A DNA stretch of 64,000 nucleotides from Podarcis melisellensis (lineage: Eukaryota): NCBI GenBank assembly GCA_964234715.1, contig OZ174278.1. One strand, written 5' to 3'. Under the pieces are notes generated by a model. The model was not told the origin of the DNA, ran no database searches, and was given only the letters and a program-made list of their open reading frames with translations. Both the position numbers and the translations under genes were made by a program. This document shows positions 13,127 to 24,654 of this stretch, piece after piece; the first letter of the stretch is position 1; the number at the start of each line of letters is the position of its first letter.

Positions 13127-14094
13127 TTCTTTTGCCCTCTACATGTTATGGACTACAACTCCCATCAGCCCCATTCAGTCAATGATGGGATTTTAATTCC
13201 AAAACAACTGGAGAGCACCAGGTTGGGAAAGGCTGGGCAAGTGAGTCATGTCACATATTGCAAAAGGAAGGTCAAACTGACCTAGTGGGAATCATGGAAT
13301 CACAAAGTATCCTATTTCCCTAACACCCCATTACAATAGTTACAACAATAAGGTAAATTTTACAATACACATAAACACCCTTGAACTTCTTTGAATTGTC
13401 ATAAATTGATCTTGGGAAAAAGTAAACATAGATTTAAAAGATGTACTCTCTTATTGCACCATTTTTGGACACCCCTCCCTTACTCTGTTTTTGGGGTAAT
13501 AATTGTGATATTAACTTTGGGAAATCGAAATCACAATTGTGAAATAATTCTCATGTGAACAGTTCAGTCTACATCTCCCACCCCCAAAGTACACTGAGAA
13601 TACTTTGGACGTAGTGCAGTTTATGGAAAATATATTTTGATGGGATTCTGCATATTTTGGTGCACAGATTGTTTGCTCAAAAATAAATGTACTGTGACAG
13701 ATGTCATTACATGCCTCAGACTTCAGCAGCCTCTAATGTATTTCCATTCCAGAAGGCTGAGAAAGAAAAGTGTCAATCAAAAACACAACTTCTGTTTCCA
13801 TGAAAGTTCTTAGTATATTAATCTGTCAGTTTATTTTATTTTTCACTACCAACCTACCCCCCTGCATAATGCGATCATTTCTGACAAGTGTATCCAACAT
13901 TCTCGGCATGATATTTCATTCCTTAAAATAAAAAAAAAAAAGCTCCCGTTTGAAACACACACATGGAAATGGGAAATTATAGGGGGCGGGCACAAGAGTG
14001 CCATTAAGAATAAATAGGATTGATTAAAATATTGTTTGCCTCTGATTGGTTTACAGGTGTGTACTGGGCTGTCATTCAGAAGCCCCTGAGACCA

Positions 14095-14640
14095 CAGAAG
14101 TATATATAAGAGCAACAGCTTATGGGAACAGATAGGACCTCCTTCAGGACGCATGAGTCTAACAATCTGGCAGAACAGGGTGGCATTAAGCATCTCATCC
14201 TTCTGCATATCATAGAAAGAATGGGGGTGCTTATCCCTTCCTCTGTATCCTTTCCCATTGAAACCCACTGTTTTCCTTCGGTGACATTGCAAACACACAC
14301 CTATCTGGGGTGAAAAGTGCCATCAACATAGTTCTGCCATGAGACTTGGTCCAATGCCATGAGATATTAGACTTGGTTTGAGCGTTAGACATTTTGCCAC
14401 ACACATGAAAACCAACACTGAGACATTTAGATTACCAATTATTGCTTTCATTTGTCCCCCACAAAGTGGAGTTCCTTCACGGTGAATACCTGTTAGATGT
14501 GAGTGAATCTCTCCCTCCCTTGGATGCCTACTGACAATAAAGTTTTTGTTTTTCCTTCCACGCTTTGCCATCTTTGTACTTTCTGATCCTGAAAAGCAAT
14601 CCTAAGAGTTCCATGTGAATGTATGTCGATGTAGGTCTTT
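14095..14640 (-). pseudogene. Tentative fossil HUH Rep / SF3 helicase (CRESS-DNA virus-like) sequence
   Basis: Colinear degenerate motifs HRHTFTWNS, FIV-x11-HLTG/HSH, VGFHVCGK, GYRG..FYD..DEML..EGG, VALIYTS; requires stops and frameshifts; by-eye alignment only. Confidence 0.3.
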
Positions 14641-15665
14641 GTGTTGATGTAGCTCTGTGGTCTGAGTTTCATTACATCCGGGGGTGGGGTGAAAATGGAT
14701 GATGATGCTGACAGCTTCCTGGATCTACCAGCTGAAAGGTATTCACAGATTCGCAGGTAAATTTTCATATTGTGGATTAAATTTAGTGATATATATACCT
14801 CCCTGTATGAATCTGTTGGTCCTGTGTAAATTTCAAGATGTGTCCATTGGGTAATAAATTGTTAAGCTTAATTTTATGAAGACAACTGCTCCATTGTTAT
14901 GATATTCTGCTATCCAGCTTCTGAGTTTACATTTTATTTTGTAATATTGTATGCTTCCCCACCCTAGCCCCTCTTGCCTGCTGCAGTCCCTGGTAATAAA
15001 ATTGTGGCTTTATCTACCAATAAGCAATCTGTATTTGCCTTTCCCCCTGTCAATTGCTCCAGCAGTCTTCCTATTTTGAAGTGAGTTCCTTGTGCTTATC
15101 TGAGTTCAGGCCATCTGGCCTTGGAAAAGTTCAGGACAGAGAGAATTGCCTTTTTCATCCAGCATGAAATTTGTTAAAAATCTAGCAATGAAATTATCCT
15201 AGGGCTGATACTGAGTCAATGTATAGAGACGTATCAATTACAAAAAAATCAAAAATAGAAGTTGTTTAGGTTTGTAGCAGGAATGGGAAACCTTATCAAT
15301 GCTGTTGAACTCTAACTTCTAGCCAGCACATGATAGTCAGGGATTATGGGAGCTGTAGTTAACTATCTTCTGGAGGGCCAAAGATCAGTCACCTCAATGT
15401 CTACAGGAAGGGGTGGGAGGCGGGAATCCACTGACAATTTGGGACACAGAAATCCTACACAGGGGACATGAAAAAGTTAGGAGGCCATTTAATTCACAGG
15501 CCACCTGTTTAGACCAGCATCCCCCTGAACTTGACGTTCTTGCTCTAATTGTTTTAACTGCTATTTAACTGTTATGCTTTATAAAGGGTTTGCTTTACTG
15601 TATCTATTTTCATTGCGGGGTTTTAAAATGTTTTGATGGAATCTCTTATTGTGTATTTATTGTGG

Positions 15666-16004
15666 GCCTCAGCCCAGTATACCTGAAGGAGTGTCTCCAC
15701 CCTCATCATTCTGCCCGGACACTGAGGTTCAGCTCCGAGGGCCTTCTGGCGGTTCCCTCACTGTGAGAAGCAAAGCTACAGGGAACCAGGCAGAGGGCCT
15801 TCTCGGTAGTGGCACCCACCCTGTGGAACATCCTCCCTTCAGATGTCAAAGAGATAAACAACAACCTGACATTTAGAAGTCATCTGAAGGCAGACATGTT
15901 TAGGGAAGTTTTTAATGTGTAACATTTTAATGTATTTTTATTCTTTGTTGGAAGCTGCCCACAGTGGGTGGAGAGACCCAGCCAGATGGGCGGAGTACAA
16001 ATAA

Positions 16005-16052
<48 letters not shown>
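15666..16052 (+). mobile_element. L2 LINE 3' end (ORF2 C-terminus, UTR, (TTA)n tail)
   Basis: YLKE..H....ARTLR.SSEGLLAVPSL...LQGTRQRAFSVVAPTLWN.LP motif; gctgccca.agtgg...gatgggcgg terminal; TTA tail 16006-16052. Confidence 0.85.
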
Positions 16053-16053
<1 letters not shown>

Positions 16054-16104
16054 TGATTTTATATTTGTAAATGGCTTAGAAGCCATTTTGACATGCAAGC
16101 AGTA

Positions 16105-16182
16105 AATAATAATAATAATAATAATAATAACAACAACAATAATAATAACAATAGTAGTAGTAGTAGTAATAATAATAATAAT
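16105..16182. repeat. Compound trinucleotide microsatellite (AAT/AAC/AGT)
   Basis: Direct read. Confidence 0.95.
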
Positions 16183-17939
16183 GACTCACTAAGGACTGGG
16201 TTCTGATTTTGTTAACCTGTGTCTCACCCACTTAATGTGTGTTTCTGAGTATGTATCTGCAAGAACTATGGCCCATATCATTGGTAATTACTAAGAGATC
16301 TTTTAACACATCTGAAATCAGATTTTCACCCACTTGAAAAGCAGCTATACCCTCTGGGGTGGCTCTTCTGTCCCTGACCAATGGGAATAAAAGCATCACT
16401 TGTCACTGCTGAGGCACTTTGATTTGTATGATCAGTACAATAGGCAGTAGAGACAAGATGACAATATGCCCCCTGGCTGTCTTTGCCATTCCTTGGCAGT
16501 CTTCCTATCGATCCAGTGTTAAATGTGAGAAGCTTTCTCTCTTTGCCACTGTCACTGAGATCCAGACAGACTGTCTATCCCAGCACTTGCCCTCAGTCTG
16601 TGAAAATAGATGGATACCTTCCCCTTTGACCCATTGTTTTTAGCATCTTTGTAGCACACTAGTCAGAGCTCCTTATGGAAAATGGCATGCTTTTGAATTC
16701 ATCGGGACTGAAACTCACTCTTCTTAATGTCACACTCAACATTTGCACCCCTCTCTGTTTTCCTGCCTGGATTCTGAATATCCAATTCTATTTCTCCTTT
16801 GCCTTTTATTAACTCCTTGCAATGTGTTTGAAAAGCAAGCCTTCACAGGGTTAAGAAACACCATTTTCATTGATTTTACATTTCCAATACAGCCACTAGA
16901 AATGGAACAGGCTACTTGCAATTCACATCTTGGAACACAGTTAACGTTGAAAGAACAGTAATATTATTGATTTATCTATGATTAAGCAATTTGTAGCATA
17001 TGCCAGCAAGTATAGTTTTCCTGTACAACACTTTACAAAATGGATTCAAATGCATTTGTTTTGCAATTTGGTTTTGTAATTATATCAGGGATTTCTTAAA
17101 TGTATTCTTTTTACCGTCATTAGTTATCACTGACAAGCTGGCTCCTTATTAGGTATTAAAAGTAGAGGAGACAATGCACAATTACTCTACTTACTTGCAC
17201 CCGTATGTTGTACCAAGTATACATATTAAGAAAAGTCTCTTCAAGATGAATTGCCCCATTTAAGAAACAGTGGGATGTCACTTGTAATCAATTAACCAAA
17301 AAGCTTCCATGTATGAATGGGTGACAGTCCAGCCTACTTCGCTGAATACTAAGCAAATTGAGCCATTTCTCTGAATTTTCAGCTCCATTTACCTTAGGCA
17401 TTTATTAAACAAATCTTTAAGACCTTAACCAATTATCTCCAGACAGCTAAATAAAAGGCAAGAATGACATTAATTAATCGCAGATAGCTCAGAAAGCCTC
17501 TTTTATAAATGAGCTCTTATCCAGAATTTTAACTGTAAATATGATAGCACAGGGAGAGAGGGTGGGAGAGGCAGAGATGCTGAACACAGGAATATTTTCC
17601 AGGGCTGCACATTCAAACACATTTCTTTAAAAATGTTGAATTGATAGCCCATGCAGCAAAAAGGTGTTCTTTTTCTCATTCTCTGTCTTCAGGTACACAC
17701 ACACACACACACTTTCAGATGTTATATGAATTCTTGGATGGATATGGAGAAGCTATATAACATGCATCTGACCTCCACAGTGAATGTCAGAGACTACAGA
17801 AGACTAGTGGTAACCCTTTTATTGTCTAAACAGCAAACTCACTAACACAGACTTTCCTGTGCTCCCAGCCTTCTGTTTTAGTTCCACATTTCATGCCATA
17901 GTATATAAAGAACCGCCTTTCTATTCAGGACCATGTTTC

Positions 17940-19694
17940 TTTTTTTTTTTTATAAAAAATTTTATTAAGATTTTTTACAGATACATATTTAACAAACAGA
18001 ATAGGTTTCATAACATCCTTTCATTCTATTGTGGACTCCCTCACGTCTCCCGCTTCCACTTCATCATTAAAAACGAATTTTTCCAAGCAAATTATCATCT
18101 TGTTTATGATCTTAAGTGCAGTATTTAGATTAAACTCAAATAAAAAATTATAATTTAATGGTAGACAGTTATTTCTGCTCTGGCTTCCTTGTTAGGATTC
18201 AACCAAATTACAGTACTTTTGTAAATAAATCTTAAATTTCTTCCAGTCTTCTTCAACCCTCTCCTCTCCCAGGTCGCGGATTCTGCCAGTCATCTCAGCT
18301 AGTTGCATATAGTCCATCAGCTGCATCTGCCATTCTTCCAGTGTGGGTAGATCTTGAGTTTTCCAGCTCTTAGCAATAAGTATCCTTGCCGCCGTTGTAG
18401 CATACATAAAAAATGTTCTGTCCTTCTTTAACACGTTCTGGCCGACCATGCCCAGAAGGAAGGCCTCTGGTTTCTTGGTGAAGGTATACTTAAATACCTT
18501 TTTTAACTCATTATATATCATTTCCCAGAAGGCCTTCACTTTAGGGCAGGTCCACCAGAGGTGAAAGAATGTTCCTTCATTTTCCTTACATTTCCAACAT
18601 TTGTTATCAGACGAATGGTGTATTTTAGCCAATTTCACTGGGGTCATGTACCATCTATATATCATTTTCATTACATTTTCCTTCAGAGCATTACATGCTG
18701 TGAAGTTCAGCCCGGTGGTCCATAACCTTTCCCAGTCCTCAAACATAATGTTGTGCCCAATATCCTGGGCCCACTTTATCATAGCCGATTTAACCAATTC
18801 GTCTTGTGTGTTCCATTTCAGCAGCAAGTTATACATTTTTGAAAGTACCTTGGTCTTAGGTTCTAACAGTTCTGTTTCCAGTTTCGATTTCTCCACCTGG
18901 AATCCTAACTTTTTATCAATCTTAAACACTTCTTTAATCTGAGCATAGTGTAACCAGTCTCGCACTTTATCTTTCATTTTCTCTAAACTCTGCAGTTTCC
19001 AATTGTCTCCATCCCTTTCTAGTATTTCCCAATATTTTGGCCAATTGGCCTCCATATTGGGTCCTTTTCGGGCCTTAGCCTCCAAAGGTGACAGCCACCT
19101 CGGTGTTTTGTTCTCTAATAAGTCTTTGTATCTTGTCCAGACATTAAATATTGCTTTTCTGACAATATGGTTCTTAAAGACCTTGTTAATCTTAACCTTA
19201 TCGTACCATAAATATGCATGCCATCCAAATGCATTGTTAAAACCTTCCAAATCCAGCACGTCCGTGTCTTCCAGAAGTAGCCAGTCTTTTAGCCAGCAGA
19301 AAGCTGCGGCTTCATAGTACAACTTTAAGTCTGGCAGGGCAAAGCCCCCTCTTTCTTTTGCGTCCGTTAATATCTTAAACTTAATTCTGGGCTTTTTGCC
19401 CTGCCAGACAAATTTGGAGATATCTTTCTGCCACTTCCGGAAGCACTCCGTTTTATCTACAATCTGCAATGTCTGAAACAAAAACAACATTTTTGGCAAT
19501 ACATTCATCTTAATAGCAGCTATTCGACCTAACAATGAGAGTTTCAATTTTGACCAGCTATCCAAGTCTCTCTTAATTTCAGACCAACATTTTTCATAAT
19601 TATCTTTGAACAGACTCAGATTCTTTGCTGTTATGTTTACCCCTAGGTATTTAACTTTCTTAACCACAGTTAACTCTGTCTCTCTCTGAAACCC
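17940..19694 (-). mobile_element. Young 5'-truncated L1-clade LINE; uninterrupted ORF2 C-terminal 491 aa (18192-19667), 3' UTR, poly(A)
   Basis: VKYLGV (end of RT), LSLLGRIAAIKMNVLP, GGFALPDLKLYY, CWKC-x8-HLWWTC zinc knuckle; AATAAA at 17966-17961, poly(A) 17940-17951; perfect 19-bp TSD ctattcaggaccatgtttc at 17921-17939 and 19695-19713. Confidence 0.95.
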
Positions 19695-20267
19695 CTATTC
19701 AGGACCATGTTTCATCCCATTTCCCCTCTTTTGAGTTCTAAGCAATCCTGAAACCCAAATCTGAGCTGACCAGCAAATCCTAAGGATACCCCTAAACAAC
19801 TTCCTCCCCTTGAGATGATGAGTCACCTCTAGTAGCATCTGGGGATTATTTCGGCCCATCCTTTTAAATTACAGTCTTCAGGAGCAACAGGCACCTTGTG
19901 GAATAGCTCAGCTGATTAAGCTCTTTTGGAAGACTACACTGGGTATTCAATAAATAATGGTACTTTACTATTTATTAAATTTTGAATTCCATTCAGATGA
20001 ATGTCGTTATCTAGTATATTGTACACACATATATTTTAGAGGAAGCAGAACAACATAAATTTGAAAAATCAAAGAAGAGGCTATAAGACGAGCTTATAGC
20101 AGCTGCCATCTGTGAGGAATTCTCCTTTTCTGTTCTAATGCAGTATCAAATGGGGTGCAATCCAGGAGATCTTGTCTAACCATTTTAGGTATCTGGAGAA
20201 ATTGTTGTAATTGCTGCATAACAGTGACTATTGCTCATGTTCATTTATGCACATATAGTTCATTTTA

Positions 20268-20506
20268 CAGTGGTACCTCAGGTTACATACGCTTCAGGTT
20301 ACATACACTTCAGGTTACAGATTCTGCTAACCCAGAAATGGTGCTTCAGGTTAAGAACTTTGCTTCAGGATGAGAACAGAAATCGTGCTCCGGCAGCGCA
20401 GCAGCAGGAGGCCCCATTAGCTAAAGTGGTGCTTCAGGTTAAGAACAGTTTCAGGTTAAGTACGGACCTCCAGAACAAATTAAGTACTTAACCCGAGATA
20501 CCACTG
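20268..20506 (+). mobile_element. Tigger/pogo-like MITE, copy 2
   Basis: TA|cagtggtacctcaggtta...taacccgagataccactg|TA. Confidence 0.9.
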
Positions 20507-20949
20507 TACATGCAGTCTTGTTTTGTCCATTCATTCATCACCTCCTATACCAATTTCATTGTGTGTTGGGGTTCCTGTGACCTTATCTGTGGTTTTGATA
20601 CTCTTGGGAACTTCTCTTTTGTTTTGGTTGGGCTGGGCTTTGTTGTATTAATCAGACTGTTTTATTAATTAGACTGTTTTCTCTTCCTACCTATTGGCTG
20701 GTGGGTAGCAGAGTCTGGTTGTAATATGGGCATTCATTCATTCATTTAGCAAGCTGGGTGCAAAATTTATTTTGCAAATTGTGGTGACTTAACTATTACA
20801 TGTTTGTTGCGACACTTCAACTTTGCTAATATATCCTTTAAACAAGTGGTAGAACTCCTAAGATCTGTTGTGTGAGCTATTTCTAGATACCTGCAAAGGT
20901 CTGTCTGATGCAAGTTATGGTCCTTTCACATAGAGAGTATATTCTTCTG

Positions 20950-21600
20950 GCAGAAATCACAATTTGCATTTGACTGTACCCTGGTGAACTTCACCAGGGC
21001 GTTTTGTTTCACTGGGATACCTTGTCTCATCTCAGCTGGAATGACAATTCTATCCCCATAATGACTAACTGCTTCGACTCTGTAAGTCTCTTTCATTCCA
21101 GGGAAAGCAAGAATAACTCTCTGTGCAGCGGAATAACCCATAGCTGTTTGTGTCAGTCCTTGCAGTGGTACAATGGTTGATATCATATAATGCAAGTCAA
21201 GCTGTTTTACCCTCATGGAGGTTTCATATTGTTTTGGACCCCCAAACCAACACCTTATTTGCCTTCACCACCTTATTTCAGGAGTAAAGTGCCATTGCCA
21301 ACTTTGGCATAAATCTTTCCAAATACTGTACCATGCCCAAGAACCTTTTCATAGCTCATAGAATAATGGATTCTATGAGCTAATCTCTGAAATAGCTTCC
21401 ACTTTCTTAGGATCAGTGCTCACATCACATTTGTATATGTCATGCATGAGATTCTGGTGTAGGAGATACTACCATTCAGTGCAGCTTAAACAGTTGCTCA
21501 GACTTCGTTCAATCTCTCATTGTGTTCTTCCTCAGTAAGACCACGTCCTAAAACTTCAGGCACGTAAACAGATACTCTTTCCAGGTGTTGCAACAGCGCT
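20950..21600 (-). mobile_element. Decayed, internally deleted Ty3/Gypsy pol remnant
   Basis: Minus-strand motifs in order: TEEEHNERLNEV (~21535-21500), DPKKVEAI (~21414-21391), FLGMVQYLERFMPKLA (~21343-21296), GDRIVIPAEMRQ (~21057-21022); stops and frameshifts present. Confidence 0.7.
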
Positions 21601-23123
21601 GCCATTTCCCTTTGAAACTGCTCTGGGGCATGCAAAATCCCTAAGGATCATCCTGTTCCATTTCACAGCAGGGCCAAGACTCCACAGGCAGCTATGGCAT
21701 GTGCAAGCTATAATCATATGGACAGGACCACTTGTGTGCATCTCCCACACATGATCAGCACATCCTCCCTAATTTACAGCCCCAAATTCATGTCATTGCA
21801 CCATTCGCACACACTGCAACCACCTGGAATGTCACCATAGTAGCATATTAACCAGGAGGAATGTATCTACATAGAGTTTCACTTTATGAATTTACTGTTC
21901 CAACTGTGTATTCATTCCTCAGCCTGGCAAGTGGTTTTCCTACCAGGAAGAACTGGGCTTCCTAAGCCTATAACTACCTGCAGTACAAACACATGTTTGG
22001 TGATGCCTTCCTTCAAAGGAAGCACCTCCCTATAACCTACCAATATAATGCCTACATGGAAGAAAACGAATTAGTCCTGCTAATCTGGCCAATAGTTTAG
22101 TATGCTTAAGGCTTTCAAAAGCAAATAGTGAACACGAACAATTACAAACCCTCCCCCTTGCACCTCAAGCTTTCCAAATAATTCTCATCTAACAGAAAAA
22201 AACATTTCAAATCCATTTTTAAAGGGCTTCTCAGGGATATTATAAACCATGTCTTTTGATAAGCAATTTGTATAAAGTATATAAAATTGTATGAAGTCAT
22301 CATGCAGCCTGCAAAAGCAAAGATCATTGTCAGAGAAAAACTGAAATACGATCAAGGGGAAACTCATGAACTTTCTCTGAAAAAGCAGCTGCAGTCAAAC
22401 TTTTGGCTACAAGATGGCATGTGATTAACCCTGTAGTAAAATGAGCCATAACCGCAATGTCGTGGAAACCTTCAGGAATCAAAGCTTTGATTTACTCCTT
22501 GGATATTAAAAAATATAGGTCTGAAACAGAGTTAGAAGAACAAAAAGAGAGAGTTTGCTCTGTTTCTTGGTGTCAGAGTGTGACAAGTTGTTTTATAGAC
22601 CGAGCCAAAAGCGATTCTCAGGTGTGTGAGTTTTCTTTCTCTTCCTCCTATTAAAATAATCTGATTTTCAAGATAAGCATATGTTTTTAAAGCCTTGAAA
22701 AAAGAGACTATAAATACATTTTGAAAGTGCAGGCTGCACCTTTTTTCTTTCCCTGAGTTGATTTTTCCTCCCTTATTGTCTCTGTATTTGATGTCATCCT
22801 GTAACATTAAGGAATCTTTGCTTATACATTCCTTTCAACCGCAACGAAAAAAGGGGGGAAAAAATGATGGCAATTTGCAAAGCCTAGCTATGGATTTTGT
22901 GACTCATACTTTTAAAATATGTGATTAACGTTGGCAGGACTTAACCAAAGGCTCAAAGTCTTTTCTGCATTAAGGTTTTTGTCTTTTCTAAGAAAACTAT
23001 AAAACAATGAAAGTATTAGTAGTGTTAACGGTAAAGAAACAACAGAAAGAGGCTAAACTGATTTACAGTTCTATAGCCTTTTGTATATTTTGACCTAGAA
23101 AAAGTTTCACTAACATTTGGCTG

Positions 23124-23195
23124 GATCCTGCATTGCAGAGGGGTGGACTAGATGACCCTCATGGTTCTTTCCAATGATACAATTCTACAATTCAA
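23124..23195 (+). mobile_element. CR1-type 3' end
   Basis: cctgcattgcagaggggtggactagatgaccctc..ggttctttccaa...attcta motif. Confidence 0.65.
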
Positions 23196-23206
23196 TGGGA
23201 TAAAAA

Positions 23207-23295
23207 AAGTACAATCCTATGCACACTTACCTAGAGTGAGCCCCACTGAATACAGTGGGACTTACTTATGAGTAAACAAGCACAGGCTTGCACTG
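23207..23295. repeat. Short (~90 bp) imperfect-hairpin squamate repeat; related copies near 2550-2620, 23965-24045, 29650-29750, 44555-44645, 49175-49262
   Basis: caatcctatgcacacttac...ccactgaa.cagtggga...gtaaac..gcacagg.ttgca inverted structure recurring in the window. Confidence 0.55.
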
Positions 23296-24142
23296 TCAGG
23301 TATCACTGGCTGAGATCAGAAACTGGACTAATCAGAGGGTTGGCACTTCTGATTCAAATAGATTTTTAGTAATTTGAATTAACCAAACCTGAGACAAGTA
23401 ATAATAAAACTGAACTGAGCTAAACTGAAGACACTCATTCTGACACAAAGATTATCCTTTGTAAATCACCAAAAGAGAATAGTCTGTCAATAGTAGCCTA
23501 TGACAGTAGACACTTTGTGAAGAAGCAATGTTTACTTTGCATTTTTGGCTGGCCCAAGATGCTCTGCTGCCTGAAGTGGAAAGAAAGATGGCAGCCCCAT
23601 TCCACATATAGAAATTTACTGGACTGGTAGTAAAAACTTCCATCAACACTGGTGACTGGACATCAATCTCCACCAAAACTGCAGGCAGCAAGCTAGCTTA
23701 GGGGGTTTAGTATTTGCTGCTTCTCAATCTGACTAAAGTTAATGTGGTTGGTCCTGGTTTTTGAACTAAGGCAGGATACACATGGTTGTTGCATTCAATT
23801 GATATATTAGGACTGTTCCTACAATCCCGCAATAGAATCTGTATCTTCTCCTCTGTATGTTGATAAATAATAGGGGGGATGGTTTGGAAATAAAAACAGA
23901 TGGAGGAGAACATCTAAGTCTCTTCTCTCTGCTGTCATTACTCACATGTGCAGTTTACTTTGGGCCTTACAATGAAATCCTAAGTATGTTCACACAGATG
24001 TATAATGAGCTTAGTCCCAGTAAAGAATGCATCTTTAGGTTGCAATTTCTAAACACATTGCCAACGTATGGACATGGAGGAGGCATGGGCTATAATATGC
24101 CTTATTTTGGTTCTCCCATCTGCTAGAACTAAGTGATATAAA

Positions 24143-24255
24143 GTAAAGGTAAAGGGACCCCTGACCGTTAGGTCCAGTTGTGACCGACTCTGGGGTTGTG
24201 GTGCTCATCTCGCTTTATTGGCTGAGGGAGCCGGCCTATAGCTTCTGGGTCATGG
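24143..24255 (-). mobile_element. Sauria SINE 3' fragment
   Basis: gtaaaggtaaagggacccctgacc.ttaggtccagt...ctctggggttg..g.gctcatctcgcttta is the reverse complement of the SINE tail. Confidence 0.85.
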
Positions 24256-24291
24256 CTGGGTAGATTTTGATCAGCAGTAAGACACCTTTTA

Positions 24292-24654
24292 GGGACGAGG
24301 GTGGCACTGTGGTCTAAACCACTGAGCCTAGGGCTTGCCGATCAGAAGGTCGGCGGTTCAAATCCCTGCGAGGGGGTGAGCTCCCGTTGCTCGGTCCCAT
24401 CTCCTGCCAACCTAGCAGTTTGAAAGCATGTCAAAGTGTAAGTAGATAAATAGGTACCACTCCGGCGGGAGGTAAACAGCGTTTCCATGCGCTGCTCTGG
24501 TTCATCAGAAGCGGCTTAGTCATGATGGCCACATGACTCAGAAGCTGTCTGTGGACAAATGCCAGCTCCCTTGGCCTATAGAGCGAGATGAATGCCGCAA
24601 CCCCAGAGTCATCCGCGACTGGACCTAATGATCAGGGGGTACCTTTACCTTTTT
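24292..24654 (+). mobile_element. Sauria SINE, full length
   Basis: gggacgagggtggcactgtggtctaaacc head to acctttaccttt tail; short probable TSD agacacct. Confidence 0.92.

Noticed and set aside
14493-14768. Circovirus capsid-like reading (IFTPPP...INTK...HGTLRIAF)
   Set aside because: Overlaps the Rep-motif-I-like reading in another frame on the same strand; both cannot easily be real, similarity is weak, and no TAGTATTAC origin stem-loop was seen. It illustrates the risk of chance matches in this region.
20155-20491. Recurring short ORFs (…VKNFASG, LLQDENRNRAP…) also at 12089 and 63124
   Set aside because: Incidental translations of the Tigger-like MITE, not a gene family.
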